Part shown: in pieces, positions 50,486 through 60,054 of the stretch
How positions within the stretch are numbered: the stretch's first letter is position 1
Layout of the letters: each line of letters opens with the position of its first letter
Assembly (NCBI GenBank): GCA_049643885.1
Contig: JBARQV010000010.1
Coordinates: forward strand, 758 to 64,757
Reading direction: 5' to 3'
DNA length: 64,000 bases
Source: Candidatus Omnitrophota bacterium
Lineage (GTDB): Bacteria > Omnitrophota > Gorgyraeia > Tantalellales > Tantalellaceae
The notes under the pieces: generated by a model
The model's database searches: none
What the model saw: only the letters and a program-made list of their open reading frames with translations
What the model was told of the DNA's origin: nothing
Made by a program: the position numbers and the translations under genes

Positions 50486-51772
50486 ATGCAAATCTTGATA
50501 AAAAATGGTAGAATAATCGACCCTTCCTCTGACCTGGACAAGAAAGGAGATATCCTTATTGACAAAGGGAAGATCAATAGGATAGGCGGGACAATAAATG
50601 CCAATGCAGATACAGTCATCGAAGCAAAAGGTAAAATAATAGCCCCGGGGCTGGTTGATATGCACGCGCATCTCCGTGAACCCGGAGGGGAGGACAGAGA
50701 GACTATTGAAACAGGATTAATGGCGGCTGTCAAGGGCGGCTTCACGACAGTTTGTGCAATGCCTAACACAGATCCGCCTTGCGACGGCCAGACACAGGTT
50801 AAATTTCTCCTGGAAAGAGCCGGACAGGTCAAATTGGCAAACCTTTTGCCTATCGGGACGATCACACGAAAGAGGGAAGGAAAAGAGCTGGCCGAAATGG
50901 CTGAGTTGAAGGAGGCAGGATGCCCGGGGGTTTCAGATGACGGCGCGTCAGTTGAGGATACTGCATTGATGAGAAGGGCTCTGGAATATGCTTCGATGGT
51001 CGATCTCCTCGTAATATCCCACTGTGAAGATAAGGCCCTTGCTGAGGACGGAGTAATGAATGAAGGGTACTGGTCTACAGTGCTGGGGCTTGCTCCGGCA
51101 CCGGCGGAGGCCGAGAGCCTGATAGTCGAAAGAGATATAAGGCTGGCAGAACTGGCGGGAGCCCGGCTTCACATCGCGCATGTAAGCGTCGCGGAAAGCG
51201 TGGAAGCCGTCCGCCAAGCGAAGAAGAGGGGAGTAAGGGTTACGGCAGAAGTCACGCCGCATCACCTGGCGCTGAAGGACGAGGACCTGAAGACGTATGA
51301 CACGAACATGAAGGTCAATCCGCCCTTACGGTCGGGGGAAGACGTGAAAGCGCTGAAGCAGGGCCTGAAAGACGGGACCATCGACGTCATAGCTACCGAT
51401 CATGCTCCTCATCTGGTCAATGAAAAAGAGAAAGAATTTGATTACGCGCCATTCGGAATGATCGGCCTGGAAACGGCCCTTTCCTTATGTTTTATGACTC
51501 TTGTCAAAGAAGGATACCTGGACTGGAATGGGCTTATCCAAAAAATGGCACTGAATCCGGCAAGGATCCTCAAGCATGACAGGGGCACTTTGCAGGAGGG
51601 AGCCCCGGCCGATATAGTCATAATCGATCCCGAAAAGAAGTGGGTCTATAAGAAAGAAGAAATACTTTCCCGCTCTGCGAACTCGCCGTTTATCGGCAAA
51701 GAAATGGAATCTGGCGTAACGGAAGTTCTTGTGAACGGACGTGTAGTCGTGCGGGACGGGAAGATAGTTTAA
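50486..51772 (+). CDS. pyrC: Dihydroorotase
   Basis: 428 aa with metal-binding DMHAHLREPG and amidohydrolase-fold motifs. Confidence 0.9.
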   Translation: MQILIKNGRIIDPSSDLDKKGDILIDKGKINRIGGTINANADTVIEAKGKIIAPGLVDMHAHLREPGGEDRETIETGLMAAVKGGFTTVCAMPNTDPPCDGQTQVKFLLERAGQVKLANLLPIGTITRKREGKELAEMAELKEAGCPGVSDDGASVEDTALMRRALEYASMVDLLVISHCEDKALAEDGVMNEGYWSTVLGLAPAPAEAESLIVERDIRLAELAGARLHIAHVSVAESVEAVRQAKKRGVRVTAEVTPHHLALKDEDLKTYDTNMKVNPPLRSGEDVKALKQGLKDGTIDVIATDHAPHLVNEKEKEFDYAPFGMIGLETALSLCFMTLVKEGYLDWNGLIQKMALNPARILKHDRGTLQEGAPADIVIIDPEKKWVYKKEEILSRSANSPFIGKEMESGVTEVLVNGRVVVRDGKIV

Positions 51773-51783
51773 GGGCAAGAGCC

Positions 51784-52245
51784 TTGGAAACCATCAGGTT
51801 TATCGCTTTACAGGAACTCGGAAAGCTGGCTAAATGGCTGAGGATCTTGGGGTATGACTGCGGCTATTATGATAAGAATGATATAGCCGATCTCGTTATC
51901 CAAGCTATAAGGGAAGGCCGGGTGATACTGGCCAGGAGCGCCGCGTATAAAAAATACAAAGGCATACGGGTGCTCGTTGTAACAAGCGATCATGTCGAAG
52001 AGCAGGTAGAGCAGGTGATAAGGGAACTGGGCCTGCCCTTGGATGAAGAGAAGCTCTTTCAAAGATGCGTTGAATGTAACTATCCGCTCGAAGATGTACC
52101 AAAAGAAGAGACAACAGGCAAAGTGCCGGAATATGTTTTCCGGACGCAGGAAGTTTTCAAGAGATGCCCCAGTTGCGGAAAGATATTCTGGAAGGGGACT
52201 CACTGGGATATGGTCGGCAAATGGCTCGAAAAAAGAAAATTCTGA
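51784..52245 (+). CDS. Mut7-C RNase-domain protein (DUF82, PIN-like nuclease with C-terminal zinc ribbon)
   Basis: 153 aa with PIN-like N-terminal region and C-terminal CxxC...CxxCGKIFWKGTHW zinc-ribbon characteristic of Mut7-C. Embedded between pyrC and pyrK, overlapping pyrK by about 25 nt. Confidence 0.65.
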   Translation: METIRFIALQELGKLAKWLRILGYDCGYYDKNDIADLVIQAIREGRVILARSAAYKKYKGIRVLVVTSDHVEEQVEQVIRELGLPLDEEKLFQRCVECNYPLEDVPKEETTGKVPEYVFRTQEVFKRCPSCGKIFWKGTHWDMVGKWLEKRKF

Positions 52246-53036
52246 AAGCGAAGATACTCTCTAACCGAAAAATAGCTCCGGATCATTATGTTATGGAGCT
52301 TGATGTCCCGTGGCTGGGAGCGAATTCATCTCCTGGACAATTCGTGGCCGTAAGAGTCCGGGGCGAAGGTACGGACCCTCTTCTCAGGATCCCGCTGGGG
52401 GTGCACGCCATACGGAAGAAAGGGATCAAACTTTTATACAAGGTCGTGGGGCCGGCGACCAGGATACTCAGCTCCAGGCCAAAAGGGGATGTGCTTGATG
52501 TCCTTGGACCTCTCGGCAATGGGTTTGATCTAGCTCCTGTTTTAAGGAAAAAGGAGTCAAGGGCGGTGCTTGTTGCCGGAGGCCACGGTGTCGCGCCGCT
52601 TTATGCCCTGGCCGAAGAACTGGCCGGAAAGGCAGGGCCCATCAACGTATTTATCGGGGCTTGTGAGGCAAAACATGTGGTCTGCGCAAAAGAATTCAGG
52701 AAGCTGAAAGCGAAGGTCAAGACGGCGTCGGAAAAAGGCAAATGCGGATGCAAGGGCTTTGTCACCGATCCGCTCAAGGAATACCTCGAACGAAATAAGC
52801 GATTCGCCGGGCGCACAACGATCTATGCATGCGGGCCCAAACCGATGCTGGCGGCCGTGACTCAGGAAGCCGCAAAACACGGGATCCCGGCACAGGTCTC
52901 TTTGGACGCATACATGGCGTGCGGTATAGGGGCATGTTTGGGATGCGCCGTAGAGACCGTGAATGGGTACAAGCTGGTCTGTAAGGATGGCCCGGTTTTC
53001 GACGCCCGTGAGATCAAGTGGGAAAATATATGCTAG
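52221..53036 (+). CDS. pyrK: Dihydroorotate dehydrogenase electron-transfer subunit
   Basis: FAD/NAD-binding ferredoxin-reductase fold and C-terminal 2Fe-2S cysteine cluster (CGIGACLGCAV). Start taken at ATG 52221 (MARKKKILKAKIL); the ORF-track start at 52164 lies inside the Mut7-C gene. Confidence 0.85.
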   Translation: MARKKKILKAKILSNRKIAPDHYVMELDVPWLGANSSPGQFVAVRVRGEGTDPLLRIPLGVHAIRKKGIKLLYKVVGPATRILSSRPKGDVLDVLGPLGNGFDLAPVLRKKESRAVLVAGGHGVAPLYALAEELAGKAGPINVFIGACEAKHVVCAKEFRKLKAKVKTASEKGKCGCKGFVTDPLKEYLERNKRFAGRTTIYACGPKPMLAAVTQEAAKHGIPAQVSLDAYMACGIGACLGCAVETVNGYKLVCKDGPVFDAREIKWENIC

Positions 53037-53956
53037 ACCTTAAGATACAGATAGGAAAAGTGACGTTTAAGAACCCGGTATGGGTGGCTTCAGGAACGTT
53101 CGGTTACGGAGAGGATTACGCGGATTTTCTGGACCTGAGCGAAGTCGGGGCCATAGTTACTAAAACCGTGACACTTCAGCCGCGGGACGGGAATCCCCCG
53201 CCGCGGATCGTTGAGACATCTTCCGGCTTGCTTAATTCCATCGGCCTGGAGAACAAAGGCCTTGAACATTTCAAGAAAGAACATTATCCCTTTCTCAAGA
53301 AACTCGGCACCCGCATAATGGTCAGTGTTGCCGGGATCACGGAACAGGAGTTCCTGGATTGTTCTGAAAAACTGATGGACGGGTGTTCTCCGGATGCTGT
53401 CGAACTTAACCTTTCCTGCCCCAATGTGGCACATAAGGAAGCCAGCTGCTGGCTGTTTTCACAGGACGCCAAAGCGACGGAAAGGATAGTCTCAGGGGTA
53501 AAAAAGAAAATAAAATGCACCCTTGTGGTAAAACTTACGCCCAATGTTACGGACATCACGGAGATCGCCAGGGCCGCCGAAGCAGGGGGAGCGGATGCGG
53601 TTTCCCTGGTCAACACTTATGCCGGGATGGCCGTGGACGCCCAGACGATGGAACCGTCCCTGGGTAACGTGATAGGCGGCTTGAGCGGTCCGGCCATAAA
53701 GCCCTTGGCGCTCAAGGCCGTGTGGGAAGTTTACGGAAGTATAAGGATCCCGGTGATCGGGATCGGCGGCATCATGACCGGTACCGATGTAGCCGAGTTC
53801 ATGCTTTGCGGAGCACGGGCAGTCCAGGTCGGCACGGCAAATTTTGTAACCCCTGATGCATACGCGAAGATCCTTCAAGAATTCAAAGAATACCTGAAGG
53901 AGAAAAAGATCAGCAAGGCTGGAGACTTAGTCGGGAAGATAAAGGTAAAGAGGTAA
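53030..53956 (+). CDS. pyrD: Dihydroorotate dehydrogenase 1B catalytic subunit
   Basis: MLDLKIQIGKVTFKNPVWVASGTFGYG and the NLSCPN / GGI active-site motifs. Start taken at ATG 53030 (7-nt overlap with pyrK). Confidence 0.9.
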   Translation: MLDLKIQIGKVTFKNPVWVASGTFGYGEDYADFLDLSEVGAIVTKTVTLQPRDGNPPPRIVETSSGLLNSIGLENKGLEHFKKEHYPFLKKLGTRIMVSVAGITEQEFLDCSEKLMDGCSPDAVELNLSCPNVAHKEASCWLFSQDAKATERIVSGVKKKIKCTLVVKLTPNVTDITEIARAAEAGGADAVSLVNTYAGMAVDAQTMEPSLGNVIGGLSGPAIKPLALKAVWEVYGSIRIPVIGIGGIMTGTDVAEFMLCGARAVQVGTANFVTPDAYAKILQEFKEYLKEKKISKAGDLVGKIKVKR

Positions 53957-53957
53957 A

Positions 53958-54671
53958 ATGGAAGCTAAAGACAGATTGATTGTAGCGCTTGATGTGGATT
54001 CTACGCCTGAGGCGGAAAAACTTATAGAGGTCCTTTCGCCGGAAGCGGACATTTTCAAAGTCGGGATAGCACCGTTCACCGGTTACGGGGAAAAAATCTT
54101 GGGGAAACTGAGAGAGAAAGGGAAAAAAGTATTTCTTGATCTCAAATTTCATGATATCCCGAATACGGTCAGGAATGCCGCGCGGATTGCTGCAAAGCAC
54201 GGTGTTTTCATGATGAATTTTCACTGTCTGGGAGGAAAAAGCATGCTGGAAGCGGCCCGGAAGGGCGCGGAAGAAGGGAGCGCTTCTTCAGGCCACGAAA
54301 AACCTCTCCTTCTGGGGGTCACTATCCTGACCAGCATGACCGAGGCCGACTTGCAGGCCCTGGGGATGGCGGGAGGAATAGAAGAGAAGGTAATGGAACT
54401 GGCCGCCCTGGCCAAGAATTGCGGCCTGAACGGTGTAGTGGCTTCTGCAAAAGAGACCCGGCTTATAAAGAGTAGCCTGGGAAAAGGGTTTCTTGTCGTG
54501 ACGCCGGGGGTGCGGCCGACATGGGCAGCGGCGGGAGACCAGAAGAGGGTCCTTACCCCCAAACAGGCTGTGGCCGAGGGGGCGGACTATATCGTGGTCG
54601 GCCGGCCTATCATCCATGCCGATGATCCGGCGGAAGCAGCGAGAAAAATAGTTGAGGAGATAGGATCATGA
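53958..54671 (+). CDS. pyrF: Orotidine 5'-phosphate decarboxylase
   Basis: LIVALDV...DLKFHDIPNT...VVGRPI motifs, 237 aa. Confidence 0.9.
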   Translation: MEAKDRLIVALDVDSTPEAEKLIEVLSPEADIFKVGIAPFTGYGEKILGKLREKGKKVFLDLKFHDIPNTVRNAARIAAKHGVFMMNFHCLGGKSMLEAARKGAEEGSASSGHEKPLLLGVTILTSMTEADLQALGMAGGIEEKVMELAALAKNCGLNGVVASAKETRLIKSSLGKGFLVVTPGVRPTWAAAGDQKRVLTPKQAVAEGADYIVVGRPIIHADDPAEAARKIVEEIGS

Positions 54672-55243
54672 ATGAAAGAGAGATCATGGAGATTTTCACC
54701 AAGATGAGAGCATACCAGACAGGGCATTTCAAGCTTTCCAGCGGCCTTCATTCCGGAGCTTATCTGCAGTGCGCTCTGGTCTTACAGTCTCCTGTCCTTG
54801 CCGCAAGGCTGTGCGGGGTCCTGGCGGAGAAGTTCCGGGCGGACGGGCCGGACCTGATAATAGGGCCGGCAATGGGAGGAATAACCATGGCCTACGAGAT
54901 GGCGCGCGCACTGAACGCCAGGGCTATTTTCGCTGAAAGAGATAAAGAGGGGAAAATGTGTCTTCGCCGGGGGTTTATTGTCTCCCCGAAGAACAGGGTG
55001 CTGATCGCTGAAGATGTCCTTACCACCGGAGGTTCGGTCAAGGAAGTAATAAAACTTCTCGCGGAAGACAGTATAACTCCGTTAGGTGTAGCATGCCTGG
55101 TCGACAGGAGTTCTGAAAGGATAGATTTTGGTGGTATAAAACACGAAAGCCTGATAAAATTGGATATTCCGGTTTTTAGAGAAGATGAGTGCCCCCTTTG
55201 TCAGGAAGGAATGTCCATTACCAAGCCGGGATCCAGGAAATAG
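54668..55243 (+). CDS. pyrE: Orotate phosphoribosyltransferase
   Basis: PRPP-binding motif VLIAEDVLTTGGS, 191 aa. Confidence 0.9.
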   Translation: MNEREIMEIFTKMRAYQTGHFKLSSGLHSGAYLQCALVLQSPVLAARLCGVLAEKFRADGPDLIIGPAMGGITMAYEMARALNARAIFAERDKEGKMCLRRGFIVSPKNRVLIAEDVLTTGGSVKEVIKLLAEDSITPLGVACLVDRSSERIDFGGIKHESLIKLDIPVFREDECPLCQEGMSITKPGSRK

Positions 55244-55260
55244 GAGCAAAGGAGACGATC

Positions 55261-55878
55261 ATGGAAATGGAACTCAAGACGATTATAGAAAAGATCAAGC
55301 AAGAAGGCGTGGGAGAAGCGGAAAAGAAAGCGGCCCATATAATCGAAACGGCGCAAGCCGGCGCCAAGAGAGTGCTCGACCAGGCTCGGGAGGAAAGGGC
55401 TGCGATAATAAAGAAAGCGGAACAAGAGGCCGCCAAGCTCCGGGATAACGGGGAGAAAGCTCTTAGCCAGGCCTCTAGGGATGTCCTGCTGAGCTTGCGG
55501 GAACAGATCATTGAGCTTTTTGACAAGGTAGTAAAGCGCGAGGTAGCAGCCCAACTGACCCCCGACGTCCTCAAAGAGATGATCCTCAAACTGGTAGAAA
55601 AATTCGAAAAAGAAGAAAAGCTCGACCTGGAAATACTGTTAAGTAAAAAAGAAAAGAAGGACCTGGAAGAGGCTGTCTTCAGCGCCCTGAAGGGAGAGAT
55701 GAAAAAGGGAGTGACCATAAAGATTTCTCCCGTGATCGAACACGGGTTTTTCATCGGGGAGAAAGACAAGGGCTCCTATTACGACTTCACCGACGAAGCC
55801 ATCGCTGAAGCTTTCATGGCGTATCTAAATCCCAAGATAGTGGATATCCTGGCCGCAGAAAAGAAGGATGAAAAATAA
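55261..55878 (+). CDS. atpE: V-type ATP synthase subunit E
   Basis: About 205-aa coiled-coil protein (IEKIKQEGVGEAEKKAAHIIETAQ...) heading an A-B-D-I-K V-ATPase gene cluster. AAGGAGA RBS before ATG 55261. Confidence 0.8.
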   Translation: MEMELKTIIEKIKQEGVGEAEKKAAHIIETAQAGAKRVLDQAREERAAIIKKAEQEAAKLRDNGEKALSQASRDVLLSLREQIIELFDKVVKREVAAQLTPDVLKEMILKLVEKFEKEEKLDLEILLSKKEKKDLEEAVFSALKGEMKKGVTIKISPVIEHGFFIGEKDKGSYYDFTDEAIAEAFMAYLNPKIVDILAAEKKDEK

Positions 55879-56371
55879 GTATTTTTACCTGGTAGCTTCA
55901 TTGCCTTATCTCCGCCTTACAAAGGAGATGTCCTTTTCCGTGGAAGATTTTATTCACGAATGCGAAAAGTGGCTGACCCCGCCCGATATGAAAGCGTTGC
56001 TTTCCGCGGACATCCATGATCCGGAACGCGCGGGGGAAGATTTTGAGTTGTTGAGGGGATGGAAAGAGTTCGACAGCCGCTTAAAAAAAGAGCTTGCCGG
56101 CATCAGAGAAGCGAGCAGAAAAGGCGAAAGCTATAAGACGCCGGACGTGCTTCAAGAGACGATGGCGCGCGAAAATCCGTTATTGATGGAAGAAAGCCTC
56201 GAAAAAACAAGGTGGGATTTTCTTGAAGAGAGGGCGTTCAGGTATAATTTTGACCTGAACCGGCTGGTCCTGTATTTTCTGAAGCTCCAGATACTGGAAA
56301 GGATGTCCAGGTTCAATAAAGACGCCGGAGAAAGCTTTTTCCATAGCCTATGCGAGGTAAGGTATGAATGA
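55868..56371 (+). CDS. Hypothetical protein of V-ATPase operon (DUF2764-like; occupies the position of subunits C/F)
   Basis: 167-aa ORF between atpE and atpA. The gene order E-hypothetical-A-B-D-I-K matches Bacteroidetes/Chlamydiae-type V-ATPase operons where a DUF2764 protein sits here. Family assignment is from memory, not a search. Confidence 0.5.
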   Translation: MKNKYFYLVASLPYLRLTKEMSFSVEDFIHECEKWLTPPDMKALLSADIHDPERAGEDFELLRGWKEFDSRLKKELAGIREASRKGESYKTPDVLQETMARENPLLMEESLEKTRWDFLEERAFRYNFDLNRLVLYFLKLQILERMSRFNKDAGESFFHSLCEVRYE

Positions 56372-58091
56372 ACGTTACGGAAAGATCGTTGCCATAAACG
56401 GCAACATGATCACCGCGGAGTTTGAAGGCGACGTCATCCAGAACGAGGTCGGGTATGTGTTAAGCCTGGGAAAAAGGCTTAAATCCGAGGTTATCAGGAT
56501 AGCCGGCAATAACGCCTTCATGCAGGTCTTCGAATATACCAAGGGGATAAAAGTAGGGGATAAAGTAGAGTTTTCCGGGAAACTTCTCTCGGTCCAGTTG
56601 GGGCCCGGGCTTCTCGCCCAGATATATGACGGCTTGCAGAACCCATTGCCGGAGCTTGCCGAGGAGTACGGGTTTTTTCTTCCGGTAGGCGTTGAACTCA
56701 GCGCGCTTTCTTTTGAGAAAGAATGGGAGTTCACCCCGGTGGTCAAAAAGGGGGACAAGGTGTCCGGGGGCTATATCCTCGGGACAGTGCCCGAAGGCCT
56801 CTTCACGCATAAGATAATGGTCCCTTTTGGGCTCAGGGATGAATATGAGGTCATGGAGGCCGCTCCGCCCGGGAAATATACGATCGATAAAAAGATCGCC
56901 AGCCTGAAAGACCCTAAAGGTAAAACAATAGATGTTTCCATGACGTTTGAGTGGCCGGTCAAGATACCGATAGAAGCCTTTGATGAGAAATTCCCTCCGG
57001 TCGAGCCTCTAGTGACAAGGGTCAGGATAATCGATACGATGTTCCCCGTAGCCAAAGGAGGGACATATTGCATTCCCGGCCCCTTTGGCTCAGGGAAAAC
57101 AGTTCTCCAGCAGATCACCAGCCGCCACGCGGAAGTGGATGTAGTCATAATCGCGGCCTGCGGGGAAAGGGCCGGTGAAGTGGTAGAGACCCTGCGGGAA
57201 TTCCCCAAACTGGTAGACCCGAGGACCGGGAAGGCTCTTATAGAAAGGACGGTCATCATATGCAACACATCGTCGATGCCGGTCGCCGCCAGGGAGGCTT
57301 CAGTTTACACGGCGGCGACGCTGGGAGAGTATTACAGGCAAATGGGGCTCAATGTGCTGCTCCTGGCCGATTCTACTTCCCGGTGGGCCCAGGCCATGAG
57401 AGAGATATCAGGCAGGCTCGAAGAGATACCGGGAGAGGAAGCATATCCCGCTTATCTTGAATCGAGGATCGCCAGTTTTTATGAGAGGTCAGGGAGGGTC
57501 CGGCTGTTCGATGGGGAGATCGGCAGCCTGACCATAGGCGGATCTGTAAGCCCGGCAGGGGGAAGCTTTGAAGAGCCGGTCACACAAAGCACACTTAAGG
57601 TTGTAGGTGCTTTTCATGGCCTGTCCCAGGCAAGGGCCGAGGCCAGAAAATTTCCTTCCGTATCTCCGCTGGACAGCTGGAGCAAGTACAAGAGTTTTAT
57701 CGACGAAGACCAGGTCATGACAGCCAGACAGGTCTTATTTAAAGGAGATGAAGTCAGTCAGATGATGAAAGTCGTGGGGGAGGAAGGCACTTCCCTGGAA
57801 GACTTTATAGTCTATCTCAAGGGAGAGTTTTTGGACGATGTATATCTGCGGCAAAACGGTTTTGACAAAGTCGATGCCGCGACTACGGCTGAAAGGCAGA
57901 AGTATGTCTTCAGCAAAGTAATAGGAGTTTTAAGAAAAGACTTCACTTTCGCGGATAAAGCGCAGGCAAGATCCTTTTTCTACGACCTGAGGCACCGGTT
58001 CATCGACTGGAACTATAAAGAGTGGGGTATGGACGAGTTCCGGCAGCAGGAAAAAGAGATCGACGAAGCGCTGAAAGGCGAGGAAGAATGA
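56364..58091 (+). CDS. atpA: V-type ATP synthase catalytic subunit A
   Basis: 575 aa with Walker [10 protein letters not shown] and the non-homologous insert region typical of A subunits. Confidence 0.93.
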   Translation: MNERYGKIVAINGNMITAEFEGDVIQNEVGYVLSLGKRLKSEVIRIAGNNAFMQVFEYTKGIKVGDKVEFSGKLLSVQLGPGLLAQIYDGLQNPLPELAEEYGFFLPVGVELSALSFEKEWEFTPVVKKGDKVSGGYILGTVPEGLFTHKIMVPFGLRDEYEVMEAAPPGKYTIDKKIASLKDPKGKTIDVSMTFEWPVKIPIEAFDEKFPPVEPLVTRVRIIDTMFPVAKGGTYCIPGPFGSGKTVLQQITSRHAEVDVVIIAACGERAGEVVETLREFPKLVDPRTGKALIERTVIICNTSSMPVAAREASVYTAATLGEYYRQMGLNVLLLADSTSRWAQAMREISGRLEEIPGEEAYPAYLESRIASFYERSGRVRLFDGEIGSLTIGGSVSPAGGSFEEPVTQSTLKVVGAFHGLSQARAEARKFPSVSPLDSWSKYKSFIDEDQVMTARQVLFKGDEVSQMMKVVGEEGTSLEDFIVYLKGEFLDDVYLRQNGFDKVDAATTAERQKYVFSKVIGVLRKDFTFADKAQARSFFYDLRHRFIDWNYKEWGMDEFRQQEKEIDEALKGEEE

Positions 58092-59380
58092 GGAAAGTCT
58101 GCACCAGGATATTAAGCATAGCGGGAAATGTCGTTACGGTAAGGGCCGAAGGCATAGCTTATGAAGAGCTGGCGGAGATCACGATTCCGGCGGGAAAGTC
58201 TCTAGCGCAGGTCATACGCCTTGAAGGCGAAACTGTTTACCTGCAGGTGTTTGCCGGAGCCAGGGGTATATCCACCGGCAATGAGGTCAGGTTTCTCGGT
58301 CATCCTATGAACGTGGGTTTTTCCGAGAACATGCTGGGGCGTATATTCAACGGGAGCGGCCAACCAAGAGACAAAGGGCCCGCTATTACCGAGCATGTTA
58401 TCGAGGTGGCTGGCCCGGCGGTCAACCCTGCGAAAAGGATCATTCCCAAAAACATGGTGCGCACCAATATTCCCATGATAGATGTCTTTAACTCCCTGGT
58501 CGAATCCCAGAAACTTCCCATATTCTCTGTTTCAGGAGAACCATATAATGAAGTCCTGGCCAGGATAGCTCTTCAGGCTGAAGTAGACATGATCATTCTG
58601 GGCGGCATAGGCCTGAAATATGACCAGTACATGTATTTCAAGAATACGCTCGAAGAAGGGGGAGCCTTGAGCCGGAGTATTTTCTTCGTCCATACCGCCG
58701 CCGACCCTATAGTTGAGGGGCTTATGGTGCCGGACCTTTCCTTGGCAGTGGCGGAAAAATTTGCCCTCCAGGGGAAACGCGTCCTGGTGCTTCTCACAGA
58801 TATGACCAATTTTGCCGATGCCCTGAAAGAGATCGCGATAACCATGGAACAGGTTCCCTCAAACCGGGGTTACCCGGGAGACCTATACAGCCAGCTGGCG
58901 GCCAGGTATGAGAAAGCGGTAGATTTCGAAGGGGCGGGTTCTATAACCATCCTGGCAGTGACTACTATGCCTGGTGACGACGTCACTCATCCTGTCCCCG
59001 ACAATACGGGGTACATAACTGAAGGGCAGTTTTATCTGCGCAACGGCAGGATCGAGCCTTTCGGGTCGCTGAGCAGGTTGAAGCAGCAGGTCAACAAGGA
59101 CACGAGAAAAGATCACCGTGCCATCATGGACGGCATGATACAGCTTTACGCCCAGTTCAAGGAGACCGAGGAGAAGAAATCCATGGGGTTCAGGATGAGC
59201 GACTGGGACAGGAAGCTCCTTAAATACGGGGATCTTTTCGAAAGCCAGATGATGAACCTTAAAGTGAACATTCCTCTGGAAGAAGCCCTGGATAAAGGAT
59301 GGAAGATGCTTGGCGAGTGCTTCCACCCGGAAGAGACTAGTTTCCGCACCGATCTTTTAAAGGAATTCTGGCCCAAATAG
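58088..59380 (+). CDS. atpB: V-type ATP synthase subunit B
   Basis: About 430 aa of the regulatory B-subunit family. ATG 58088 overlaps the atpA stop (ATGA). Confidence 0.92.
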   Translation: MRKVCTRILSIAGNVVTVRAEGIAYEELAEITIPAGKSLAQVIRLEGETVYLQVFAGARGISTGNEVRFLGHPMNVGFSENMLGRIFNGSGQPRDKGPAITEHVIEVAGPAVNPAKRIIPKNMVRTNIPMIDVFNSLVESQKLPIFSVSGEPYNEVLARIALQAEVDMIILGGIGLKYDQYMYFKNTLEEGGALSRSIFFVHTAADPIVEGLMVPDLSLAVAEKFALQGKRVLVLLTDMTNFADALKEIAITMEQVPSNRGYPGDLYSQLAARYEKAVDFEGAGSITILAVTTMPGDDVTHPVPDNTGYITEGQFYLRNGRIEPFGSLSRLKQQVNKDTRKDHRAIMDGMIQLYAQFKETEEKKSMGFRMSDWDRKLLKYGDLFESQMMNLKVNIPLEEALDKGWKMLGECFHPEETSFRTDLLKEFWPK

Positions 59381-59390
59381 TGATTATTTA

Positions 59391-59437
59391 ATGATCCCGG
59401 ATCGAGCCTTTCAGGCTCGTCCGGGATGACACCAAGT
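59391..59437. repeat. GTCATCCCGG-family hairpin repeat inside the V-ATPase operon (atpB-atpD intergenic)
   Basis: gatcccggatcgagcctttcaggctcgtccgggatgac has a 12-13-bp stem (cccggatcgagcc/ggctcgtccggg) and the shared CCGGGATGAC end. Confidence 0.7.
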
Positions 59438-59439
59438 GT

Positions 59440-60054
59440 ATGGCGAAAATTAAACTTACCAAGACCGAATTTAAAAAACAGAGGGATGCACTTAAGAGGT
59501 ATGTCCACTTCCTCCCGACGTTGCTTTTGAAAAAACAGCAGCTGCAGCTCGAGGTACAGAAGATACACCGGGCGGTGGAAGAGGTAATAAGGGAAAAAGA
59601 GTATTTCAGGGCTGTCGTCTATAAATGGGTCGATGTCTTTGCCGAAAAAACCGGCATAGAAAAACTGATAAAGATAAAAGAGATCATAACTACGACTGGC
59701 AATATCGCCGGGGTGGACATACCGGTATTTGAAAAAGTCGATTTTGAGGAAAAAGAATATGACCTGGCCAAAACTCCCTTGTGGGTAGATTATGGTATCG
59801 AAGTCCTGAAGAAGATGATGGTCTTCAACGCGAAGATCAGGATTTTCAAGAAACAGGATGAGTTGATCCGGGAAGAGCTGCGGATCACCACCCAGAGAGT
59901 CAATCTTTTCGAGAAAGTAAAGATCCCGGAAGCCCGGGAAAATATAAGAAGGATACAGGTCTACCTGGGGGATATGCAGACCGCGGCCGTAGTGACGGGT
60001 AAGATCGCTAAAGACAAGATAGAGAAAAAGCAGGCCAAACAGGTGGCGGCATGA
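59440..60054 (+). CDS. atpD: V-type ATP synthase subunit D
   Basis: 204-aa coiled-coil protein with TKTEFKKQRDALKRY...LLKKQQLQLEV D-subunit pattern. Confidence 0.88.
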   Translation: MAKIKLTKTEFKKQRDALKRYVHFLPTLLLKKQQLQLEVQKIHRAVEEVIREKEYFRAVVYKWVDVFAEKTGIEKLIKIKEIITTTGNIAGVDIPVFEKVDFEEKEYDLAKTPLWVDYGIEVLKKMMVFNAKIRIFKKQDELIREELRITTQRVNLFEKVKIPEARENIRRIQVYLGDMQTAAVVTGKIAKDKIEKKQAKQVAA

